Of a stretch of 64,000 nucleotides of DNA, positions 1-8,489 are shown piece after piece. A program made the position numbers and the translations under genes. The notes beneath the pieces are model-generated. The model was not told the origin of the DNA and searched no databases. It saw only the letters and a program-made list of their open reading frames with translations. Source of the stretch: Candidatus Latescibacterota bacterium (lineage in GTDB: Bacteria; Latescibacterota; UBA2968; UBA8231); the NCBI GenBank assembly GCA_965200315.1, contig OZ241362.1, positions 3,744,001-3,808,000 of the forward strand, in the 5' to 3' direction. Every line of letters begins with the position of its first letter. The stretch's first letter is position 1.

Positions 1-534
1 CACCCGCTGCGGCCGCGTGGACGCAGAATCCGCGCTCAAGGCCACCAACGTGCGTCGCAACTGGTCCAATCCCTGCCGCCGGTGGGCGCAGATGGGTACC
101 ACTGGCGCACCGAGCGCCTCAGACAAGGCACGGGCGTCGATGCGAATGCCCCGCCGGATGGCTATGTCCCCCATGTTGAGAGCCACGACCAAGGGCAACC
201 CTATTTCCGCAAGTTGAGAAACCAAGTAAAAATTGCGCCGCAGGTTGCTGGCATCGACGACCGCCAAGATGCCATCTATGGGCGGAGCGTCTTGCTGTTG
301 GCCCAAGAGCACATCAATGGCCAGCATCTCGTCGGGAGAATGCGCAGCGAGGCTATAAGCACCGGGTAGGTCAATCAGCTCTAGCGGGGCTTCCCCATCC
401 AGCGTCAGGGTCCCCACTTTGTATTCCACCGTGACGCCCGGGTAGTTGCCAGAGTGCTGAGCAAGGCCGGTCAGCGCGTTAAAAAGCGTGGTTTTGCCCG
501 TATTGGGGTTGCCAATAAGTGCGAGGGTCCGCAC
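1..534 (-). CDS. feoB: Ferrous iron transport protein B, N-terminal GTPase domain (runs off window start)
   Basis: Manual translation of the minus strand from GTG 534 gives VRTLALIGNPNTGKTTLFNALTG...GNYPGVTVE...IDLPGAYSL (G1/G2/G3 motifs). Follows feoA. Confidence 0.95.
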   Translation of the reverse strand, partial: MRTLALIGNPNTGKTTLFNALTGLAQHSGNYPGVTVEYKVGTLTLDGEAPLELIDLPGAYSLAAHSPDEMLAIDVLLGQQQDAPPIDGILAVVDASNLRRNFYLVSQLAEIGLPLVVALNMGDIAIRRGIRIDARALSEALGAPVVPICAHRRQGLDQLRRTLVALSADSASTRPQRV

Positions 535-558
535 GGAGAGTATGCTGAGCAGGAAAAA

Positions 559-810
559 CTAGGGGACGAGGCGGATGGCGGCAGCATCCCGGCGCCGGAG
601 CGCAAGGCGGGTCTGTCCTATTTGGACGATGATCGCGGTCCCGGAGCGCAAAACGCGCAAGTGCTCGCCGGGCAAAAAGCCCAATTCGCGCAGGCGGGCG
701 GCCAAGCGCGCCGGGGCCAAAATTTCGGCGACGACAGCTTCGGCGTGCCGAGGCAGTTGCGACAAGTCGAGCGGGGAGTCTGAGGTGCAGGGGGTTTTGC
801 TAAGTTCCAC
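559..810 (-). CDS. feoA: Ferrous iron transport protein A
   Basis: 83 aa with RLRELGFLPG...LALRR FeoA SH3-like motif, directly upstream of feoB. Confidence 0.9.
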   Translation of the reverse strand: MELSKTPCTSDSPLDLSQLPRHAEAVVAEILAPARLAARLRELGFLPGEHLRVLRSGTAIIVQIGQTRLALRRRDAAAIRLVP

Positions 811-861
811 GAGATAGCTCCGGCTAGATAAGGCGACAATCAGATTGGCTACGGGAATAAA

Positions 862-935
862 TGTTTAATCTACCAACAAGCTGTTCTATATACCAAACTT
901 CTGTAAAGATAGTCAACCGAGGAGCAATACGTCAA
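862..935 (-). promoter_or_regulatory. Putative feoAB sigma70 promoter and tandem metalloregulator operators
   Basis: TTGACG (935-930), 18 nt, TATCTT (911-906) on the minus strand. Two imperfect repeats TGTTTAATCTACCAAC and TGTTCTATATACCAAA start at 862 and 882. Confidence 0.45.
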
Positions 936-1062
936 TGCGTTTTTTATGCAATTAAAAAAATATCAACCGCTAAGTAACGGATTCGACAAGCGATGAGACC
1001 TTATCCATTTTAAGTTCCGAATCTACAAAAACGCGATTTTGCCAAAAGAAAGCAGGGCATCT

Positions 1063-1941
1063 ATGACAAAGTGGATTCTGGGGGTGCTGTTGCTCGGCGC
1101 GGCTCATCTGGGCGCGGTGGATTTTTACGCGCACTGGGCCGACGGGAAGGCCGAGGTCTCTAGCTACGAAGTGGTTCAGCCGCGCTACGGCGAGCTGCGG
1201 CAGGGATACGGGGTGATGATTTTCGTGACCGAGAGCCTGCACCGGCAGACCTTTATCAAGGCCGATCCGCCGACGCCGGAGGCCGATCAATTCTACGCGC
1301 TCAAGCTCAACCATATCCTCGACTTTACGACCGGGATCTACGACTATTCGGTAATGATTTCGGTTTTCAGCCAAGTGGCGGGCGAGCGACATCCTTTTGA
1401 GCTGCGGCGCATTTCGTTCAGCGCACAAGAGTGGTGCGGGCAGGTCTTTGACGAGGCCCTGTTCCGCAACGGACAGATCAACGGGCACATCAGCAGCTAT
1501 TTTGCCAGCGAAGGCCGCGGTCCCTACCAGCTAAAGCAGCCCGAGCACTTTGCCAGCGAGGACCATCTGCTGATCCGCATCCGGGAGCTGCAAGGGACGT
1601 TTATGTCCCTAGGCGAGAGACGGGAAGTGGAAATACTGCCGAGCTTTTGGCAGCTTCGGCAGGCGCATCAGCCCCATGCGACCGTGGCCGGGCGGATCCA
1701 CAAAGCCGCCGAGGAGCAGATCGAGACGGCAGCCGGCGCGTTAGCCAGCCTGCGGTGGGAACTACACATTGGCCAGCGGCAGCGGACGCTGTGGACGGAA
1801 ACAGCCTATCCGCATCGGATTGTGCGCTGGGAGGACAGCGATGGAGGGCGCGGCGAGTTGATGCGGACGATGCGGGTGCCCTACTGGCAGTTGCAGGCCC
1901 ACGCAGACGAGGTGTACCGGCAGGAGTTGGGCATTCCTTAA
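1063..1941 (+). CDS. Conserved hypothetical secreted protein
   Basis: Signal-peptide-like N-terminus, then W-x-DGKAEVSSY...RYGELRQG and SFSAQEWCGQ motifs of a conserved family of unknown function. Confidence 0.75.
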   Translation: MTKWILGVLLLGAAHLGAVDFYAHWADGKAEVSSYEVVQPRYGELRQGYGVMIFVTESLHRQTFIKADPPTPEADQFYALKLNHILDFTTGIYDYSVMISVFSQVAGERHPFELRRISFSAQEWCGQVFDEALFRNGQINGHISSYFASEGRGPYQLKQPEHFASEDHLLIRIRELQGTFMSLGERREVEILPSFWQLRQAHQPHATVAGRIHKAAEEQIETAAGALASLRWELHIGQRQRTLWTETAYPHRIVRWEDSDGGRGELMRTMRVPYWQLQAHADEVYRQELGIP

Positions 1942-2410
1942 GAGGCGGTTGGCGACCGCTCCGCCACTTGATGTCGGTAAAGCGAATGCCTGAATTGGGC
2001 GGAGGAGTGGGTGCGTCGGGGTAGATTTTGCGCATCACTTTGGCAAAGCTGCCACCAGCGATTGTCGGGCCGTACTCCTGCCATGTACGGATAGCCGGTT
2101 CGGCCGCGTCTCGGCGCAAAATTCGGATGGTGCCGAATGTTTTTTCTACCGAGTAGCCGGGGACGGAAGCGGCTGGGTCTGCCGACACAATGTGACTGAC
2201 CGAAGTTACAATCGCTTCCAACTCTGTCTTTTCTTGGGCCGCGAATATGAGACGCCCGGTATTGGCGTCGTAGAACGGAATCTCGCGGTGTAGGTAGTAA
2301 TAACCGGGAAGGTTGATGATGTGACTCCCGCGCTGAGAGTGAACGCGGAAGCCGAATTTTGTTAGGATACGGACGACTTGATCCCCAGAGAGCCGTCTTA
2401 GCCTAGGCAA
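1942..2410 (-). pseudogene. hicA: Truncated HicA-family toxin fused to an unrelated gene fragment
   Basis: MPRLRRLSGDQVVRILTKFGFRVHSQRGSH is the HicA N-terminal half. Similarity stops after GSH, and the frame continues with unrelated sequence and no stop until it is deep inside the opposite-strand gene. Confidence 0.75.
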
Positions 2411-2632
2411 TCGCCGGTTCCAATTCCATGGTGCCTAAGATCGTCGGGTCCGGCACTAGGCAAAAGTCGAGAGGTCTTCGCCTTCTATATGCAAGGCGAC
2501 CGCCTCGCGGAGGTTGGCCAAGGTTTCGTCCAAAGTGATGCCTTGCGTTACAACGGCCAACTCGACGCACTCGGCAATATAGTGAGTCTCGCCCGCCCTG
2601 ATGAACGCTTTGATCGTATGTTGCAGGTTCAT
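2403..2632 (-). pseudogene. hicB: HicB-family antitoxin with a frameshift near the 3' end
   Basis: YIAECVELAVVTQGITLDETLANLREAVALH motif. Premature TAG at 2456. The shifted frame continues LVPDPTILGTMELEPAIA* and overlaps the hicA start. Confidence 0.75.
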
Positions 2633-2672
2633 TTGACCCCTTTCGAGGAACAATACATTAGAAAAAAGCCGG

Positions 2673-3080
2673 TCAATGCCCCTCCTCCCGAAACGTCCAG
2701 TACGAGTTGAGGAAGTAGTTGACCAACGTCCCCGGCGCGATCCCGCATCCTTGCAGCCACACCGGCGCGACTTGCGGCACCAGCACCGACAGCACGAGAA
2801 ACGTCGAATAGCTCACCCCAAGGGCCAGCAGCGACACAATGTGAAACCGCAAACCCCGGATCCGCTTGCGGCTGCTCAGGTCGCGGTCGGCAAAGGTCCA
2901 ATAGTTGTTGAGGAAGAAGTTTGAAAAGACCGAGATTTCAATCGCAATAGGCGAGGCCAGATACTTGTGGACGCCGACTTCGAGCAGCAGATGGAACGAA
3001 CCTAAATTGACCACCACCCCGCTGAGGCCGGTCAGGGAGAATTTCACAAAGGTGCGGGGAGTGCCCAGCGCCGCGACCAT
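2673..3080 (-). CDS. GtrA family membrane protein
   Basis: FVKFSLTGLSGVVVN...SNFFLNNYWTF...VNYFLNSYWTF motifs and 4 TM segments. Confidence 0.9.
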   Translation of the reverse strand: MVAALGTPRTFVKFSLTGLSGVVVNLGSFHLLLEVGVHKYLASPIAIEISVFSNFFLNNYWTFADRDLSSRKRIRGLRFHIVSLLALGVSYSTFLVLSVLVPQVAPVWLQGCGIAPGTLVNYFLNSYWTFREEGH

Positions 3081-3085
3081 TTCAT

Positions 3086-3925
3086 TTACGCCGCGTCGGA
3101 TTCGGCCATCAAGCCGCGCAAGTAGCGCACGGCCTTGGGTATGGCCGTTGCCTCTTTTTCCACGTCCTGCCCTTCGTACACCACCGACAGCCAGCCATTG
3201 TAGTGGACGCCTTTCAAAATCTCGAAAATGCGCGGATAGTTGAGCCACTCCTCAACGCCGCTTTGGATGCGATAGATCTTGCAGCGGACGTGGACGGCCA
3301 ACGGCGCGGTTTCCTCAATGCTGCCGTAAAAATTGAGGGTCGGATCCTCGTGCCCGCGCTGGCCCGAAGCCCCGGGCGAGCCGACGTACTGACCCGTGTC
3401 GAGGATGTGCGAGAAATAGGGATTATTGACACCCTCAATGATGCGGCGCACATCTTTGCCCGTGCGCGTGACGCAGCCGTGGTTGTGGTTGTGCAAGCCG
3501 ACCACCACCCCCTTTTCCTCGCCGTGGGCGGCCACTTCCTCCAAGCAAGGCATCATCCGCGCCCACACGCCCTCCTCGCGCTCTCCTTCGGGAATCCACG
3601 CGGCAAAGACCCGCACCAGCGGAATGCCCATAAACGCGGCCACGTCAATCCACTCCTTGGTAGTGGCCACTTCGGCGGCGAGCTCGTCTTGGGGCTTGCC
3701 GTAATTGGAGCTGACGCCGATATAGGAAAGTGCGAGTCCACGCCGAAAGGCCTGCATGCGAATGCGGCGCAGATAGGCCGGGTCGAGCGAAGCAAAGGCG
3801 CGCGTGTGGATGTCGATGCCGTCGAGACCGAGCTGGTAGGCGCGTTCAATAAACTGCTCCAAGTCGAGCTTGTTCGCGGCGAATTCGTCTTTGTAGCTGA
3901 GGGACATGCAGCCAAGTTTGAGCAT
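3086..3925 (-). CDS. Sugar phosphate isomerase/epimerase (xylose-isomerase-like TIM barrel)
   Basis: LDTGQ, AVHVRCK and YNGWLSVVYEG motifs of the AP_endonuc_2 family. Confidence 0.85.
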   Translation of the reverse strand: MLKLGCMSLSYKDEFAANKLDLEQFIERAYQLGLDGIDIHTRAFASLDPAYLRRIRMQAFRRGLALSYIGVSSNYGKPQDELAAEVATTKEWIDVAAFMGIPLVRVFAAWIPEGEREEGVWARMMPCLEEVAAHGEEKGVVVGLHNHNHGCVTRTGKDVRRIIEGVNNPYFSHILDTGQYVGSPGASGQRGHEDPTLNFYGSIEETAPLAVHVRCKIYRIQSGVEEWLNYPRIFEILKGVHYNGWLSVVYEGQDVEKEATAIPKAVRYLRGLMAESDAA

Positions 3926-4020
3926 TCGAGTTCTCCTTTGGATTAGAGAGGATATTGAGCTTAATTCACAATCGGCAAAATAAGAAAATGCAGCGAGGTG
4001 ACCAAGAAAGGGGCCGTCCT

Positions 4021-6024
4021 TCAGTTTTGGGTAGCTTCCAGTGCCTTCAGTACGGCTTCGCGGTTGGCCTGTGCGGTTTCTAGGGTCGGGTCGATCAAAA
4101 GCGCTTGGTCGAAGTGTTGTAGGGCCTCGTCGCTTTTGCCCAAGTAGAAGAGGGCGATGCCCATGGCATCTAGACCCTTTGCATGGCCGGGCTCGATGCC
4201 GATGAGGTGCTGCAAGAGTTCCAGCGACTCATTGTAGCGCTGCTGCTCAATCCGTAGGGTGGCCAGCGCATAGAGGGCTCCCTTAGTATGGTTTGAACTG
4301 AGCGCGATGGCGCGACGCAGGTGCTGCTCCGCCTCTTCGAAGCGTCCCAATTCCTTGAGAATCAAGCCGAGATTGTGATGTGCCGTATCGTAGTTTGGGT
4401 GTTGCGCTAGCGCGACGCGAGTTGCCTCAAGGGCTGGATCATAGCGTCCCTGTCTGTATAGAGCGACACCTAAGTTGAGATGGGCATTCTGTTCTTGCGG
4501 GTTGAGTGCGATGGCGCGGCGTAGATGTGTTTCTGCCTCCTTGGAGCGTCCCAGCTTATTGAGAGCCTCGCCAAGAGTGGCATAGGCCTTAGAAGAATCA
4601 GGACGTTTTGCTATTGCGACGCGGGCTACCTCAAGGGCCTCTTCATATCGCGCCTGCTCGTACAGGGCCTTGCTCAAGTTGATATGGGCACTCCGCGCCT
4701 GTGGATTGAGCGAGATGATGTGGCGATTGAGGGTCTCATTATCCCGATAGATGCTTGTCTGACGCCAGGTCAGCAACCCTAGCACAACCAAGGCCACCGC
4801 CACAACAACCACACACACCCTTTTGCCACAAGTCTGACCGACGCCATAAGTGGCCGCACCGATAGCGACGGCCATAATCCCAATACCAGCGAGATACTGA
4901 AAGCGGTCAGCGACAAACGAAAACTGCATGTAGCCGTAATCGACAAAACCCAAAACCGGCGACAACGTGACCGCATAAAACAACGCCCCGGCCAGCGGTC
5001 CACGCCCAAGCTGCGGCCGGAAGTGCCAGAGTGCCACCGCCAGCACGACAGCGGCAATCAGATACCCCCAAGCCAGCGGATCGGAGACGCGGATGTCCCA
5101 AAGTGGGTAGATGACGGCCAACTCAGATGGCCACAGTAGCTTCCCCGCATAAAACCACAGAGCACGGGCAGCAATGAGCGTCCGTTCAATGAATGAGTAA
5201 TCGAGGGACAGCGGTTCCACAGACTGGTAAAACGACAAGTCGCCGACCGTGATGACTATCCCTACCACACTAAATGGCACCAACCGCAACAAGTCGATCG
5301 AGGTCACGCGCCCCTGTTTCCACCAATGCCAGATCAAAAGTGCCACCGGCAGCGTAACCACGATGGACTTGCTCAGCATACCCGCCGAATACAACGCTAG
5401 CGAACACACATACCATCCTCGGCGCGGCTTTTCCACAAAGCGCAGCCACGCCAGCACCGCCGCAAGGTAGAACAAGCCCGAAAGCACATCCTTGCGCTCA
5501 ATGACCCATGCCACCGACTCCACGTGCAACGGATGCACAGCAAACACCGCGGCCGCCATCCACGCGCCGGGCACCGCCAACCGACGCAGGAGGTGCCAAA
5601 TTAGCAGCACATTCGCCAAGTGCAGCAACACGTTGACGACGTGATATCCCGTCGGATCAAACTCCCATAACTTGTGCTTCAACCAGAAGGTCGTATAAAC
5701 CAGCGGCCAGTAGTGGGCCTCTTCTGCAATAGCACTGGGGGAGAACCAGATTTGCCACAGACCCGATACTTCCCGAATCGGCTCGGCGTCGGTGAGTATC
5801 CTGTCGTCCCAGACAAAGCCACCCCACAGCATCGCTGGCAAGTAGCTGACGAGTACCAGCAGACCGAGCGCGAAGCTGGACAAGATGTTCTGCCGCGTGA
5901 ACCTGTTCATCGATGGAGGGACGGGCACCTCCCGGTGCTTGGAGGCGTCCTGTTGCGCCTGCCTCCGCTCTCGCCGCGAGGCCCTTTTGTCAGGCATTCT
6001 TGTCGTCTGCTTTCTTTTTGCCAT
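4021..6024 (-). CDS. TMTC-like GT-C membrane protein with C-terminal TPR repeats
   Basis: GFVWDD, FAVHPLHVESVAWVIERKD and ADRFQYL motifs, many TM helices, then about 6 TPRs. Confidence 0.88.
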   Translation of the reverse strand: MAKRKQTTRMPDKRASRRERRQAQQDASKHREVPVPPSMNRFTRQNILSSFALGLLVLVSYLPAMLWGGFVWDDRILTDAEPIREVSGLWQIWFSPSAIAEEAHYWPLVYTTFWLKHKLWEFDPTGYHVVNVLLHLANVLLIWHLLRRLAVPGAWMAAAVFAVHPLHVESVAWVIERKDVLSGLFYLAAVLAWLRFVEKPRRGWYVCSLALYSAGMLSKSIVVTLPVALLIWHWWKQGRVTSIDLLRLVPFSVVGIVITVGDLSFYQSVEPLSLDYSFIERTLIAARALWFYAGKLLWPSELAVIYPLWDIRVSDPLAWGYLIAAVVLAVALWHFRPQLGRGPLAGALFYAVTLSPVLGFVDYGYMQFSFVADRFQYLAGIGIMAVAIGAATYGVGQTCGKRVCVVVVAVALVVLGLLTWRQTSIYRDNETLNRHIISLNPQARSAHINLSKALYEQARYEEALEVARVAIAKRPDSSKAYATLGEALNKLGRSKEAETHLRRAIALNPQEQNAHLNLGVALYRQGRYDPALEATRVALAQHPNYDTAHHNLGLILKELGRFEEAEQHLRRAIALSSNHTKGALYALATLRIEQQRYNESLELLQHLIGIEPGHAKGLDAMGIALFYLGKSDEALQHFDQALLIDPTLETAQANREAVLKALEATQN

Positions 6025-6125
6025 TTGGATTTAAGAAATTAACGCACCAAAACGCGGCGGCCAATTTGTCCGCAGCCGGGGCTTGTGCTATCTTCCGCGC
6101 TCCACCTCCAACGGAAAGCAACGCT

Positions 6126-7229
6126 GTGATCGAAGTAGGAGAATACAAAGTCGCCGAGCCGGACAGCATCGAAACGCCAGCCATGCTGGTCTTTGCCGAC
6201 CAACTCGACCACAACATAAAAACAGTCGGCGAACTAGCCGGCGGCAGCGAGCATCTGTTCGTCCACGTCAAGACCCACAAGTCCATCGACATAACGCGCA
6301 AACAGCTCGCGTCTGGAGTCGCCGGGTTCAAATGCGCCACGCTCAAGGAACTGGAAATGGCCCTCGACGCCGGCGCACAGGAAGCCATTCTGTCCTATCC
6401 GCTGGTGCAAAAAAGCAAAGTGCAGCGCTTCGCCGCGTTGGCGCAAAGAGAGGCGACCGTCAGCGCGATTGCCAGCGCCCCCGCGCACGTGCAGGTCTTG
6501 GGCGACGTGGCGCAAGAGCGGCAGCAAACGCTGCGGGTGATGATCGACCTCAACGTAGGCATGTTCCGCACCGGCGTCCCCTTGGACGCGGCCATCGACC
6601 TCTACCGCCAAGTCGCCCAACATCCCCATCTGTCGCCGAGCGGGCTGCACCTGTACGACGGGCACGATAACCTCTCCGAGCCTAAGTCGCGCCAAGCAGC
6701 GGCCGAGCGGCACATCCGCGATGCCCAACGCCTGAAAGCAGCCCTCGAAGCCGAGGGCTTGGCCGTGCCCCGGGTCGTCGGGGGCGGCTCCTTTTCCTCT
6801 TTGTACTACGCCCGCACCGAGGGGATGCACGGCTCCCCAGGCACCTGCGTGTACTGGGACGCTGGGTACGGCAGCAAAATGGCCGAGCTACCCTTCAAAT
6901 GGGCGGCCCTGGTCCTGACGCAAGTGATCGATCGCTATCCCGAGCACCAGACAATCACCACGGACTTGGGCACCAAGGCCATCAGCGACGATGGCCCCCT
7001 GCCGACCCGGGCCAAGCTCTTGCAGAACCCAAAGGCCGAGCTGACTAGGCAAAACGAGGAACACGGCATCTTCTCTTGGTCGGGTCCTCAACCCGAAGTC
7101 GGTGCCTATCTCCTCGCCGTGCCTTGGCACGTGTGTCCGACGACAATTCGCTACCCAGGTGCCCACATCATCGACGGCCACGGGCAGGTCGACTCCTACT
7201 ACCTGCACTCGGCCCGCGACCGCGCCTAA
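6126..7229 (+). CDS. PLP-dependent D-threonine aldolase / D-serine dehydratase family enzyme
   Basis: HVKTHK (PLP lysine), HLYDGH, QNEEHG and PWHVCPT motifs. GTG start inferred. Confidence 0.88.
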   Translation: MIEVGEYKVAEPDSIETPAMLVFADQLDHNIKTVGELAGGSEHLFVHVKTHKSIDITRKQLASGVAGFKCATLKELEMALDAGAQEAILSYPLVQKSKVQRFAALAQREATVSAIASAPAHVQVLGDVAQERQQTLRVMIDLNVGMFRTGVPLDAAIDLYRQVAQHPHLSPSGLHLYDGHDNLSEPKSRQAAAERHIRDAQRLKAALEAEGLAVPRVVGGGSFSSLYYARTEGMHGSPGTCVYWDAGYGSKMAELPFKWAALVLTQVIDRYPEHQTITTDLGTKAISDDGPLPTRAKLLQNPKAELTRQNEEHGIFSWSGPQPEVGAYLLAVPWHVCPTTIRYPGAHIIDGHGQVDSYYLHSARDRA

Positions 7230-7230
7230 C

Positions 7231-8406
7231 ATGCACCGGCTGGCAGAGCTAGCCGCCAAAAAGCGGCGGCGGGTCGTGGGACTAATGTCCGGCACCTCGG
7301 CCGACGGGATTGACGCCGTGCTGGTCGATCTATGGGGCTATGGCGACTCCATGCGCTACGAAATTTTGGCCTTTAACACCACGCCGCTGCCCAGCGATTT
7401 GCGGCGCGAGGTGTTCGCCCTCTTTGCCGCGGATGCGTCGCTCGACGCGCTGTGCCGGGTCAACTTTGCCCTCGGCGAGGCGTTTGCCACAGCGGCTCTA
7501 GCCGCAGCCGAGCAGGCCAAGCTCAGCCCCGAATCCATCGACCTGATCGGCTCGCACGGGCAGACCGTGCGCCACTTGCCGGCCAGCGGGGCCACCTTGC
7601 AGATTGGCGAACCAGCCGTCATTGCCGTGCGCACGGGCGCGGTGACCATTGCGGATTTTCGCGCGGCCGACATGGCCGTCGGCGGCGAGGGCGCACCGCT
7701 GGTGCCCCTCGTAGATCACCTGCTCTTTGCCCACCGGCACGAAGGGCGTCTGCTGCTCAATATCGGCGGCATCGCCAACATCACGGCCCTGCCGCCCAAC
7801 GCCGACGCCAGCGCAGTACGGGCCTTTGACCTCGGGCCGGGCAACATGCTCATCGACGCGGCTGTGGCGCACTGCACCGGCGGCCGCGAGCCCTTCGACC
7901 GGGAGGGCGTTCGAGCGGCGCGAGGGCGCGTGGATGAAGCCCTGTTGGCCGAGCTGATGCGCGTTGATTTCCTCCAGCGTGAGCCGCCCAAATCCACGGG
8001 GCGCGAGGAATTTGGCGAGCCTTTCCTCGCGGAGATTCTCCGGCGCGGCCCTTGGAACGACGATGACCTGATCGCCACGCTGACCGCCTTTACAGTGCAA
8101 TCCATTGCCGAGGGCATTCGCCGCTTCTGCCTTTCGGCGGAGCTCAAGTCGGAGCCCGGGGAGTTCGCCAAGCTCTGGGTCGGCGGCGGCGGCGTCCACA
8201 ATCCGCGCATTATGGCCGGACTGCGCCACGCGCTGCCGGAGCTGGCAGTGCAGTCGCTGGCCGACTTGGGCGTCGATCCAGACGCGCGCGAGGCGCTCGC
8301 TTTCGCAGTGCTTGCCAACGAGACGCTGATGGGCCGCACCGGCAATATCCCGGCCGCCACCCGCGCCCAGCGCCCGGTCGTCCTCGGCAAAATCGCCCTG
8401 CCGTGA
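7231..8406 (+). CDS. anmK: Anhydro-N-acetylmuramic acid kinase
   Basis: GLMSGTSADGIDA, GSHGQTVRH, GGEGAPLVP, LNIGGIANIT and PPKSTGRE motifs. Confidence 0.95.
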   Translation: MHRLAELAAKKRRRVVGLMSGTSADGIDAVLVDLWGYGDSMRYEILAFNTTPLPSDLRREVFALFAADASLDALCRVNFALGEAFATAALAAAEQAKLSPESIDLIGSHGQTVRHLPASGATLQIGEPAVIAVRTGAVTIADFRAADMAVGGEGAPLVPLVDHLLFAHRHEGRLLLNIGGIANITALPPNADASAVRAFDLGPGNMLIDAAVAHCTGGREPFDREGVRAARGRVDEALLAELMRVDFLQREPPKSTGREEFGEPFLAEILRRGPWNDDDLIATLTAFTVQSIAEGIRRFCLSAELKSEPGEFAKLWVGGGGVHNPRIMAGLRHALPELAVQSLADLGVDPDAREALAFAVLANETLMGRTGNIPAATRAQRPVVLGKIALP

Positions 8407-8489
8407 ACGCAGAGCCATTTTCCTTGATAAGAATCCGCCCCGCGAATATGTTTGCCCGCTAGCTTTTTCGATACCACAAAGGAGACCCA

